A DNA stretch of 38,983 bases from a virus (lineage: Duplodnaviria > Caudoviricetes): IMG/VR virus record IMGVR_UViG_3300037634_001203, positions 1 to 38,983 of that record; one strand, 5' to 3'. The position numbers and the translations under genes are program-made. Shown piece after piece: positions 1 to 6,732 of this stretch (its first letter is position 1; each line of letters begins with the position of its first letter). The notes under the pieces were generated by a model that had not been told where the DNA came from, searched no databases, and saw only the letters and a program-made list of their open reading frames with translations.

Positions 1-214
1 ATTTTAACACAGGGTTTGTAAATTAGAACAGAGATATCTGTCCTTCATCTTGTCTTTTTTCGATAACCCATTGCAGCAAATCCTTTACTGGAATGTAGTA
101 AGCCCTACCTATTTTACCCTTGGTCACCACTGGATACTGTAAGGCCTTCTCTTTAGTGATACGATAAGTATCAGGGTACAAGTATTTACCTTTTTTGTTC
201 TTGTATCCTATCTT
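1..214. repeat. Terminal direct repeat, left copy
   Basis: Identical to 38770-38983 except C128 versus T38897. Confidence 0.98.
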
Positions 215-331
215 CAAGTTAACGTAGCCATAGTGGGCAAACCTGTAATCAGCTATGGAAACTGCTCTTTGGCCTCCTAATTCCTTACAATTCCACATAG
301 GTTCTTCTATTGTGTAGGTGTTAAGTAGCAT
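23..331 (-). CDS. Hypothetical early protein, 102 aa
   Basis: ORF track; AG-rich RBS GAGAGAGTAACAATG; overlaps the upstream ORF. Confidence 0.8.
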   Translation of the reverse strand: MLLNTYTIEEPMWNCKELGGQRAVSIADYRFAHYGYVNLKIGYKNKKGKYLYPDTYRITKEKALQYPVVTKGKIGRAYYIPVKDLLQWVIEKRQDEGQISLF

Positions 332-611
332 TGTTACTCTCTCTTTCTTTTAGATAGTTCTTAAATTTATATGTCAGGCTCATGTATCCATCTGTGACGT
401 TAGTAACCCAGTATCCTTCTTTAGCATTGAATAAGCATTTATATATGGTTACAGCCCATACATCATGTATGTCATCATCAAGATACCAGAAGTTTATGTC
501 TAACATTCTTCCTTTAAACATATCCATTTCCCACCAGTCTCTTTCGCCTGATTCTTTCCACTTTTCATATACTCCGTAAATCTCATCCATCGTTATAAGA
601 TCATTAGGCAT
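321..611 (-). CDS. Hypothetical early protein, 96 aa
   Basis: ORF track; starts in the junction motif GGAGGAGCATAACAATG. Confidence 0.85.
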   Translation of the reverse strand: MPNDLITMDEIYGVYEKWKESGERDWWEMDMFKGRMLDINFWYLDDDIHDVWAVTIYKCLFNAKEGYWVTNVTDGYMSLTYKFKNYLKERESNNAT

Positions 612-774
612 TGTTATGCTCCTCCAGGATGTCTTCTATCAATTGTCTGTAAGCCATCTCTAACGTAGGTTTTGTTTCAGGATAATTACTCAGGTTGTGT
701 TCATGTATTTCTATTACTCTTTCCACAAATCCTGACAGCGATCCTATACCTTTATCTTCTAAGTAGTCTTTCAT
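604..774 (-). CDS. Small early protein, 56 aa (MKDYLEDKGIG...LEEHNNA), not in the ORF track
   Basis: Translated by hand; RBS GGAAGGAGGATAAATAATG; fills the gap exactly and its stop lies inside the junction repeat. Confidence 0.8.
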   Translation of the reverse strand: MKDYLEDKGIGSLSGFVERVIEIHEHNLSNYPETKPTLEMAYRQLIEDILEEHNNA

Positions 775-944
775 TATTTATCCTCCTTCCAGGTTTCTAC
801 TGTAATAACTTCTTCATTTTCTAGATTTATGTCTTTAAAACTTAGGTACTCTATAAAATTCTCCTCAGCATCTTGTTCATCTATAGCATTTACTTCGTAT
901 ACAGTAGTCACAATTGCTCTTGTTGTTACTTTAAACTTAGGCAT
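774..944 (-). CDS. Small acidic early protein, 56 aa (MPKFKVTT...)
   Basis: Track ORF 774..959; start moved to the ATG at 944 behind GAGGAGCATAACA. Confidence 0.8.
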   Translation of the reverse strand: MPKFKVTTRAIVTTVYEVNAIDEQDAEENFIEYLSFKDINLENEEVITVETWKEDK

Positions 945-1113
945 TGTTATGCTCCTCAATTTCTTTCTTAATAGCTTTAGGTGTGTAATCTCCGTTAGCT
1001 ATGTCTGTAATTAGTTCTATTGAATCTAACGCATCTCCACGTTCATCTAAGGGGAATCCATTCTCGTTTAATCCAAGCCAATTCCTTACCATATCTTCTG
1101 TTACTTTACGCAT
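937..1113 (-). CDS. Small early protein, 58 aa (MRKVTEDMVRNW...EEHNNA), not in the ORF track
   Basis: Translated by hand; RBS AAGGAGAGTAATAATG; overlaps both neighbours. Confidence 0.8.
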   Translation of the reverse strand: MRKVTEDMVRNWLGLNENGFPLDERGDALDSIELITDIANGDYTPKAIKKEIEEHNNA

Positions 1114-1288
1114 TATTACTCTCCTTCTTGTTGTCTATGTATGTTCTTACGTATGCTTTAGCCTCTGAATCATCTGAGAAGAAATTACATTCATCACATC
1201 TCTGTAAATCTCTAATACCCATCTCATTATTTGATAGAATAAATTTCATTCCATTACAAATATCACAGATTATTGTTTCTTTAGGCAT
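1106..1288 (-). CDS. Small Zn-ribbon-like early protein, 60 aa
   Basis: CDIC...CDEC; junction-motif RBS. Confidence 0.8.
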   Translation of the reverse strand: MPKETIICDICNGMKFILSNNEMGIRDLQRCDECNFFSDDSEAKAYVRTYIDNKKESNNA

Positions 1289-1604
1289 TGTTATGCTCCT
1301 CTATTTTCTTATGTATTTCTCCTATCCATTCCAAAGAACACCAGGCATCCAGCTCCTTGTTTACGAATACAGGAAAATCAGAATCATCTAACTCATCTGT
1401 TATTCCTCCAATTTTGTCGTAAGCAATCTTATCTAATGTCATTTGAAACCATTCAAACTCATTAAATGGATCAACTTCTTCTAGTGAATCAGCAATTACG
1501 TCATCAGTAACTCCATTAGTAGTGAAAAGAGTTTTCCCTAGATATTTCCCCAAAGTAGTTTTACCTAAGTGTTTTTCCATCAACTCCCAAATTCCTTTAC
1601 TCAT
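1281..1604 (-). CDS. Hypothetical acidic early protein, 107 aa
   Basis: ORF track; RBS AGAGGAGAATAAATAATG. Confidence 0.8.
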   Translation of the reverse strand: MSKGIWELMEKHLGKTTLGKYLGKTLFTTNGVTDDVIADSLEEVDPFNEFEWFQMTLDKIAYDKIGGITDELDDSDFPVFVNKELDAWCSLEWIGEIHKKIEEHNNA

Positions 1605-1607
1605 TAT

Positions 1608-1775
1608 TTATTCTCCTCTTTCTGCGTTTTCCAGATGGTAATCTTCTTGCCACAAGTATAGACCAAAGTCGTATCCTTCTTTATACTCAGGTGTTCTTTT
1701 GGAATCGTCTCTAATTCCAGTTAAAAGACCATCACTAACACCATCTTTAAATTCTTTTATATTAAATTCAGGCAT
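1608..1775 (-). CDS. Small early protein, 55 aa (MPEFNIKEFKDGVSDGLL...), not in the ORF track
   Basis: Translated by hand; RBS GGAAGGAGCATAACAATG. Confidence 0.78.
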   Translation of the reverse strand: MPEFNIKEFKDGVSDGLLTGIRDDSKRTPEYKEGYDFGLYLWQEDYHLENAERGE

Positions 1776-1965
1776 TGTTATGCTCCTTCCAAATGTCTGT
1801 TTCAGTTAACGCATTGTCTAACTCCTGGTCACTATACTCTTTAAAACCAACGTGTCCGTTTTCACGTACATCAGAAATAAAATGCAGTAAATCTTCTACT
1901 GAGTCATTCGATAACATTAACTCATGTCTCCTAAGTAACTCAGCTATTTTATCTTCTCTACTCAT
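1768..1965 (-). CDS. Hypothetical early protein, 65 aa
   Basis: ORF track; RBS AGAGGAGAATAAATAATG. Confidence 0.8.
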   Translation of the reverse strand: MSREDKIAELLRRHELMLSNDSVEDLLHFISDVRENGHVGFKEYSDQELDNALTETDIWKEHNNA

Positions 1966-2525
1966 TATTTATTCTCCTCTATTAAGTTATAGTTTTGTAA
2001 GAAATCTTCATGCAAATCCTGGTATCCTGAGATACTAACCAAGCTGCCATCATTTGTTACTGTTTGTATCGATGACAAGCTGCCTTCAGCATCGTATCCA
2101 AAATCCAACAGGGTTAATTCTCTGTATCCCCAAATTGTATGATGCTTGACGTTATGATCTCTCCATATGTCTGCAATCTTCCATTTAGGAGACTCTGTGA
2201 TTGCAACTGTATCAACGTAATCATAGGGGAGTTGTCTGACTATATCTTCTACAGGAGTATATTTAAATTCACCTTTAGCCATAATCTTATCGCACTTCCT
2301 CAAAGTTGTAATCGCTTGTTTTTCTGAAAACTTCCCTAAGTGTCTTACATGCGGATTAGGTATTGAGGGTTTGTAAAATATTTCGCTTATACGATCAATA
2401 TCAACAGTTTTATCCTCACTAAGTTCAGATAAACATTTGATTACATACTCTTGATCGGAATCAGCCTTAATACATGGAACACTAGTTCCGTTTATTACGA
2501 ATTTATATGTTTTATTACTGTTCAT
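1965..2525 (-). CDS. Hypothetical early protein, 186 aa
   Basis: ORF track; RBS CAGGAGAATAACAATG. Confidence 0.85.
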   Translation of the reverse strand: MNSNKTYKFVINGTSVPCIKADSDQEYVIKCLSELSEDKTVDIDRISEIFYKPSIPNPHVRHLGKFSEKQAITTLRKCDKIMAKGEFKYTPVEDIVRQLPYDYVDTVAITESPKWKIADIWRDHNVKHHTIWGYRELTLLDFGYDAEGSLSSIQTVTNDGSLVSISGYQDLHEDFLQNYNLIEENK

Positions 2526-2733
2526 TGTTATTCTCCTGGATTATTTCCCATGTTAGTTTTTGTGACATGTACTCTGAGACATTAAACTTTTTTTCTGTCT
2601 CAAATTGAATATCCCAAATATCTATAATACTTACAGAATTTTTCTTTTTTCCTTCCATAGATTTAGTATCTAATCTTTTGATAATATAGTTTGTTATTTT
2701 TGGTCGATTGGTTTTATTAACTCTAGTTGTCAT
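2515..2733 (-). CDS. Hypothetical early protein, 72 aa
   Basis: ORF track; RBS AAGGAGCATAACAAATG. Confidence 0.78.
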   Translation of the reverse strand: MTTRVNKTNRPKITNYIIKRLDTKSMEGKKKNSVSIIDIWDIQFETEKKFNVSEYMSQKLTWEIIQENNNEQ

Positions 2734-2816
2734 TTGTTATGCTCCTTATATATTTTAGTTAGTTTCTTTTTAAGGTCATCAAAACCTTTTGCTGTTATCC
2801 TTATGCGTTTAATCAT
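2730..2816 (-). CDS. Basic micropeptide, 28 aa (MIKRIRITAKGFDDLKKKLTKIYKEHNK)
   Basis: Translated by hand; RBS AAGGAG; ATGA overlaps with the neighbours at both ends. Confidence 0.6.
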   Translation of the reverse strand: MIKRIRITAKGFDDLKKKLTKIYKEHNK

Positions 2817-3256
2817 ATTAACTCCTTGTATGCGTCAATTTCAGCCTTGTAGATGTATTCACGTTCTCTAATGTCCTTGATATAATCTTCTAAGTATTCA
2901 AATGCATTATCTAAATCCTTAAATTTCTTATCGGTTAATTGTTTTATTTCTTGTCTACCTCTTGAGTCGTAAGTAAGTACTCGAATGGTACAAAGCTTAT
3001 CAAAAAGCAGATGTGGTAGTTGGCCAAAGTGATAGCCGCCAAGCATACCTCTTAATTTTTCGGATATAACTTTATCTGTAGTAAAAAAGAAGTAATGCTT
3101 TTGATCCCGTATTATTTCTTCATAAACGTAGTAACATTTGAATCCTGATCCAAAATGTTTCATAGTTTCCTGATCAAAAAAATATGATCCTTGTTCTTTG
3201 TTCTCTTGTCTTATAGCATCGATTGTCAAATCCGATACTTTTAATAGGCTGCTCAT
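2813..3256 (-). CDS. Phage early protein, 147 aa
   Basis: The YFFDQETMKHFGS motif resembles a recurrent phage early-protein family (from recollection); RBS ATGGAGAAACAATTATG. Confidence 0.85.
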   Translation of the reverse strand: MSSLLKVSDLTIDAIRQENKEQGSYFFDQETMKHFGSGFKCYYVYEEIIRDQKHYFFFTTDKVISEKLRGMLGGYHFGQLPHLLFDKLCTIRVLTYDSRGRQEIKQLTDKKFKDLDNAFEYLEDYIKDIREREYIYKAEIDAYKELI

Positions 3257-3286
3257 AATTGTTTCTCCATATTGTTTAGTTTTTAA

Positions 3287-3577
3287 TTACTCGATAGTAT
3301 CGTGTTCGTAAGTATCAATTATTTCTAGGCATGAACCACAAGTTAAATGTTGTATTGGATTTTCTTTAAGAAATCCTTTATCAAATTCTCGCCATTCATG
3401 AGTTGAAAACATCGGTATTACCATTTCGCCTTCTGTATCTAGTTGATCAGTATAAATACCATTGATATCAATTGTTGAAAATGCTCTAACGATACCAGTA
3501 TACATATAATCAAATTTTTGCTTGGTACAGTCTATACAATTTATATCTGCATCATATGTGTATGCTATTATCCCCAT
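3287..3577 (-). CDS. Zn-binding-like early protein, 96 aa
   Basis: CIDC...CGSC; RBS ATGGAGAAACAATCATG. Confidence 0.85.
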   Translation of the reverse strand: MGIIAYTYDADINCIDCTKQKFDYMYTGIVRAFSTIDINGIYTDQLDTEGEMVIPMFSTHEWREFDKGFLKENPIQHLTCGSCLEIIDTYEHDTIE

Positions 3578-3605
3578 GATTGTTTCTCCATATTTAGATT
3601 AGTTT

Positions 3606-3797
3606 TTAATAATTGGTGTTCGGTTCAATGTAGCCTAACTCTATTAATGTTGCAGCCGTTCGGCCAATTGCTCCTTCAAGCTGCCATGCTAAACCAGTAT
3701 CGACCAAATGTTGATAAGCTGCACAAATTTCTTCCTGTGTTATATCTGTTCTGCCTTGATCATTGTTAATGATTTCTATTGCTGTAAAACTATTCAT
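3606..3797 (-). CDS. Conserved phage hypothetical protein, 63 aa
   Basis: The QHLVDTGLAWQLEGAIGRTAATLIELG motif is typical of a widespread small phage family; RBS GGGAG. Confidence 0.85.
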   Translation of the reverse strand: MNSFTAIEIINNDQGRTDITQEEICAAYQHLVDTGLAWQLEGAIGRTAATLIELGYIEPNTNY

Positions 3798-3836
3798 TGT
3801 TGATTACTCCCATATTTAAAATGTTAATACTCCAGG

Positions 3837-4073
3837 TTAATCTAATAAAACCATGTATTGTTTTGGATAATGTTTAATAAACCAATCTAAACCAATTCTC
3901 GTAAGTTTATAATTGTTTGTTAATTGTGAGCCCATTATCAAATCATATACAGCTACGGCATCAGGTTCTAATGTCACTGATTTACCTGTAAATTGATTTG
4001 TTACTACTTCCGATTCTGTGCCAATTTTTAACTGGCCTTTAAATACTTTCATCTTCTTATTAATTTTAGTCAT
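3837..4073 (-). CDS. Conserved phage hypothetical protein, 78 aa
   Basis: NQFTG...AVYDLIMG...GLDWF...YMVLLD; RBS CAGGAG. Confidence 0.85.
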   Translation of the reverse strand: MTKINKKMKVFKGQLKIGTESEVVTNQFTGKSVTLEPDAVAVYDLIMGSQLTNNYKLTRIGLDWFIKHYPKQYMVLLD

Positions 4074-4115
4074 TGTTATTTACTCCTGTATTTAATTAAT
4101 TGATGATACCGAATT

Positions 4116-4448
4116 CTATTTTATATATATTTCAGTTGGAAAATTCCAATAGTAATTATCTCTCCAATTCCTATGGCCGTTAAACTGTTCTTGAAAATAC
4201 CAAAAAGACAAAGATTGTTTATGGTCTAATAAATCCTCCAAATAAAATAAATCACTAAATTGCATTTCAAAATCATGAAGACCACAATTACAACTAGATA
4301 AATCTATGTCATCATATTTTTTATGTAAATATGTTTTTACTTTTTCAATATACGATTCTAGTTTATCTGTATCCTTAGAATTATCTATCAATCCTAAAAC
4401 ACCTTTAGTAAAAATATGTTTTTCAAACTGTTTTATATTTATTTTCAT
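4116..4448 (-). CDS. Hypothetical early protein, 110 aa
   Basis: ORF track; RBS CAGGAG. Confidence 0.8.
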   Translation of the reverse strand: MKINIKQFEKHIFTKGVLGLIDNSKDTDKLESYIEKVKTYLHKKYDDIDLSSCNCGLHDFEMQFSDLFYLEDLLDHKQSLSFWYFQEQFNGHRNWRDNYYWNFPTEIYIK

Positions 4449-4489
4449 TGTCGATTACTCCTGTGATATTAATGTTTGATGATACCGTA

Positions 4490-5188
4490 TTAATGTTTTG
4501 CGTATGCTACGTTTTTAACTTCTGGATTCCAGCATACTCTGCAATCTAAACATTGATTATCTTGCTTAAATGATGGACATTTGAAAGTTTTATAATTAAT
4601 TTCTTTTAATGGTTTTGTTAATACTGTACTAGTTGGCAAATTATATCTATTCTCAGTCGGTGCAGCATCTACCATATGAGCAGATAACCTTATAATTAAG
4701 TTTTTAGGTTTAGGCCTGTATTTGTTGTTGGTGTTAACTTTCATATAATCATTAACAATTTTATATTCTCTAGTAGGTAGCCAATGTTTAACGTTAGGTG
4801 TTAACTCTGCTATTTTTGATATCTTTTGTAGGTGCTCTACGTCTATTAAATCTCCGCTGTCATGCCATCTGAAAACATCAATCCCGAATTTGTTATATTC
4901 GTAATTTATTTCAAAGGCCATAGCCTCTACCCATTGCGAATTACTTTTGATTGCCTCATATCTACGCATTCCTGCGGGAATTATTGTTTTTGCATATTGT
5001 TTATATCTGCCTTTTAATGCGTAGCATCCGCTGCAGGTAGAATTTTTAATCTTGACTAACTTACTGCCAACATTACACATAATGGCGGGTGTGTTGTAAC
5101 TTTTGCATGGCATTTTAGAAGTTACAGTTAAACCTTGATGAATTTCTGCGGCTTGTTTTCTATTTGTGACAGATTTTAATAATGTCAT
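4490..5188 (-). CDS. Gene product 88 (mycobacteriophage gp88-like) family Cys-rich protein
   Basis: TSKMP, CxxCYA, FRWHDSGD, WLPTRE, NLIIRLS and C-terminal CxxCRxCW motifs are characteristic of the GP88 family. Confidence 0.85.
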   Translation of the reverse strand: MTLLKSVTNRKQAAEIHQGLTVTSKMPCKSYNTPAIMCNVGSKLVKIKNSTCSGCYALKGRYKQYAKTIIPAGMRRYEAIKSNSQWVEAMAFEINYEYNKFGIDVFRWHDSGDLIDVEHLQKISKIAELTPNVKHWLPTREYKIVNDYMKVNTNNKYRPKPKNLIIRLSAHMVDAAPTENRYNLPTSTVLTKPLKEINYKTFKCPSFKQDNQCLDCRVCWNPEVKNVAYAKH

Positions 5189-5227
5189 TGTGTTTCTCCA
5201 GGTTTTAAGGTTTTATGATACCGAAAT

Positions 5228-5404
5228 CTATTTTAATTTATATCCAAATCTCAATATCAATTTAATATCAGTTAATATTAAATGTTGTCGAGTATCTCGG
5301 TTTACTACTGCTTTTATTCTTGATAGTATTTCAGAATCTTTTAACAAATCATCAAAAATTCTATCCTTGTATTCTTGATCTGTTTCTATATGTATTTTAG
5401 ACAT
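5228..5404 (-). CDS. Small early protein, 58 aa (MSKIHIETDQEY...FGYKLK), not in the ORF track
   Basis: Translated by hand; RBS CGGAGTAAGTAACAATG; the stop is 4 bp before a CGGTATCAT motif. Confidence 0.75.
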   Translation of the reverse strand: MSKIHIETDQEYKDRIFDDLLKDSEILSRIKAVVNRDTRQHLILTDIKLILRFGYKLK

Positions 5405-5507
5405 TGTTACTTACTCCGTTTTAATTTAATGTTAATGATTGTATTTAATTGTGTTGTTTTATAAGCTGCTCCTGGATATTAAGGTTTGATGATACCGTTT
5501 TAAAAAT

Positions 5508-5768
5508 TTATCCTCTGGCAAATGTTCTAGGCAAATGTTCTATACAAGGTTTACAATTGTTTTTTAATTCCCAGCAATCCTCGCCATCCCAAATTAATTG
5601 GTTACATTCATAACATACAACACATTTACTCAATTGACGTTCCGAAAAATCATCTATGTTAATATATTTTCCTCCATATTTAGAAACTATTTCTTCATCA
5701 TTTGGCCAACTAAGACGTAGTGAATCGAGGCAAGGATCGCATATTATATCTTGATTCTTGATAGTCAT
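5508..5768 (-). CDS. Cys-rich first early protein, 86 aa
   Basis: Several CxxC motifs; RBS TGGAG; first gene after the predicted early promoter. Confidence 0.78.
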   Translation of the reverse strand: MTIKNQDIICDPCLDSLRLSWPNDEEIVSKYGGKYINIDDFSERQLSKCVVCYECNQLIWDGEDCWELKNNCKPCIEHLPRTFARG

Positions 5769-5798
5769 TTTTGTTACTCCAATAATTTAATTTATGAA

Positions 5799-5834
5799 TA
5801 CAGTATATCATATAATGATACTGTAGAATAGCAA
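5799..5834 (-). promoter_or_regulatory. Predicted early sigma70-type promoter overlapped by an inverted repeat
   Basis: On the minus strand, TTGCTA (5829-5834)-N16-TATGAT and an extended -10 TGATATACT (5802-5810). Inverted repeat TACAGTAT-N11-ATACTGTA at 5799-5825. A-tract-rich DNA lies upstream. Confidence 0.6.
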
Positions 5835-6071
5835 TAGTATATAAATAACATAGCTATATTCAAAATAGAAAAAGCAATAATTAAAAATAACAACAAAACT
5901 TTAAAAATATAGTGAATACGCACATGAAAAAACAAAAAAAACAGTGAATCAGTAAACAAAAAAGTGACATTAATATACAATAGCTAATGATATCAAATGT
6001 TAGCGGTAACGGTTTTGGGCTTGTTGTGGCCGCATCTGTCAAAGTATGTCAACATAAAAAACCAGGTAACA

Positions 6072-6130
6072 AAGCTGCAAAAGCTGCAAAGCTGCAATTG
6101 TAACAATGGCAGCAAGTAACATTGGCAGCA
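6072..6130. repeat. Short tandem repeats
   Basis: AAGCTGCA x3 (6072-6096), then GTAACA(A/T)TGGCAGCA x2 (6100-6114 and 6116-6130). Confidence 0.9.
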
Positions 6131-6203
6131 GTAAACCAAATCCCAGCAACCTCCAGTAAAGAAGCAGCACGAGCCCCCACAAGTAACCAAAAACCTAGCC
6201 ACG

Positions 6204-6286
6204 GAGAGTGACAAGGGCAACACCTTTGTCTCCTGTTAGTGAGCGAAGCGAGGTAACAGAGGCAAGGGGGTAGCCCTTGGCATCTC
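6204..6286 (+). other. Long imperfect hairpin with the apical loop GTGAGCGAAGCGAGG
   Basis: Paired arms CAAGGGC/GCCCTTG, CCTTTGTCT/AGGCAAGGG and CTGTTA/TAACAG; loop 6239-6253. Confidence 0.75.
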
Positions 6287-6366
6287 GTAGTGGTATTGGT
6301 ATCTACCCGTGACAGATTATTTTGCATAAAAAGCCCCTTTTCCAGAACCCTTCCCCCTGTACCATA

Positions 6367-6489
6367 GTTACTATGTTACTGTTACTAATGTAACCCCTTT
6401 AGTTACACTACAGTAATAATGTAACTATGTTACTAGTGTAACTATGTTACTAGTGTTACCAGTGTACCGTGCGTGCGATCGTGCGTGCG
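6367..6489. repeat. GTTAC/GTAAC short-repeat array followed by CGTGCGTGCG x2
   Basis: Ten exact GTWAC pentamers in 6367-6459, including the 17-bp tandem TGTAACTATGTTACTAG x2 (6420-6453); CGTGCGTGCG at 6468 and 6480. Confidence 0.9.
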
Positions 6490-6636
6490 TATAGACTAGA
6501 TCAGTGACAAATGAGTTGGGAGGGCTGGGGGATATTTGGATGGAGAACATCTAATTGTTTTCACCAGCCCTGTCGTTATTTTATCATGTGTAAAGTGAAT
6601 AACGATACTTATGATACGTAATGGGAGAGATTGAGA

Positions 6637-6732
6637 GGTGTCACCAGTCATAAACAAAAAAAGACCTAAACTTTCAGAGCTGAATACTAGCGACACCCTA
6701 GTTACTAACCTGTTGGAGAAACAACTATTAGT
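6637..6732 (-). ncRNA. Candidate phage small RNA with a 5' anti-Shine-Dalgarno seed
   Basis: Lies downstream of a predicted leftward promoter. Contains AUAGUUGUUUCUCCA, a 12-bp stem that is G-U compatible only on the minus strand, and a U7 tract. No ORF with an RBS. Ends are approximate. Confidence 0.45.

Larger units (their letters stand above)
4101..5497 (-). repeat. Four dispersed copies of CGGTATCAT(C/A)A, each just after a stop codon and ahead of a GGAG RBS
   Basis: TGATGATACCG at 4101-4111, 4477-4487 and 5487-5497; TTATGATACCG at 5213-5223. Confidence 0.9.

Noticed and set aside
604-1787. 21-bp repeats with unique intervening DNA as a CRISPR array
   Set aside because: The intervals are hundreds of bp, irregular and protein-coding; the repeats are RBS/start junctions; there are no cas genes.
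382-5378. Plus-strand ORFs in the early region
   Set aside because: They are antisense shadows of RBS-bearing minus-strand genes that tile the region.
5799-5825. LexA SOS box
   Set aside because: The arms are in the opposite orientation and spacing to CTGT-N8-ACAG and do not match GAAC-N4-GTTC.
5792-6696. Track ORFs 5792..5980, 5993..6223, 6049..6327 and 6496..6696
   Set aside because: They lack RBSs, their composition is dictated by A-tracts and repeats, and they overlap promoters and hairpins; the region is better explained as non-coding.
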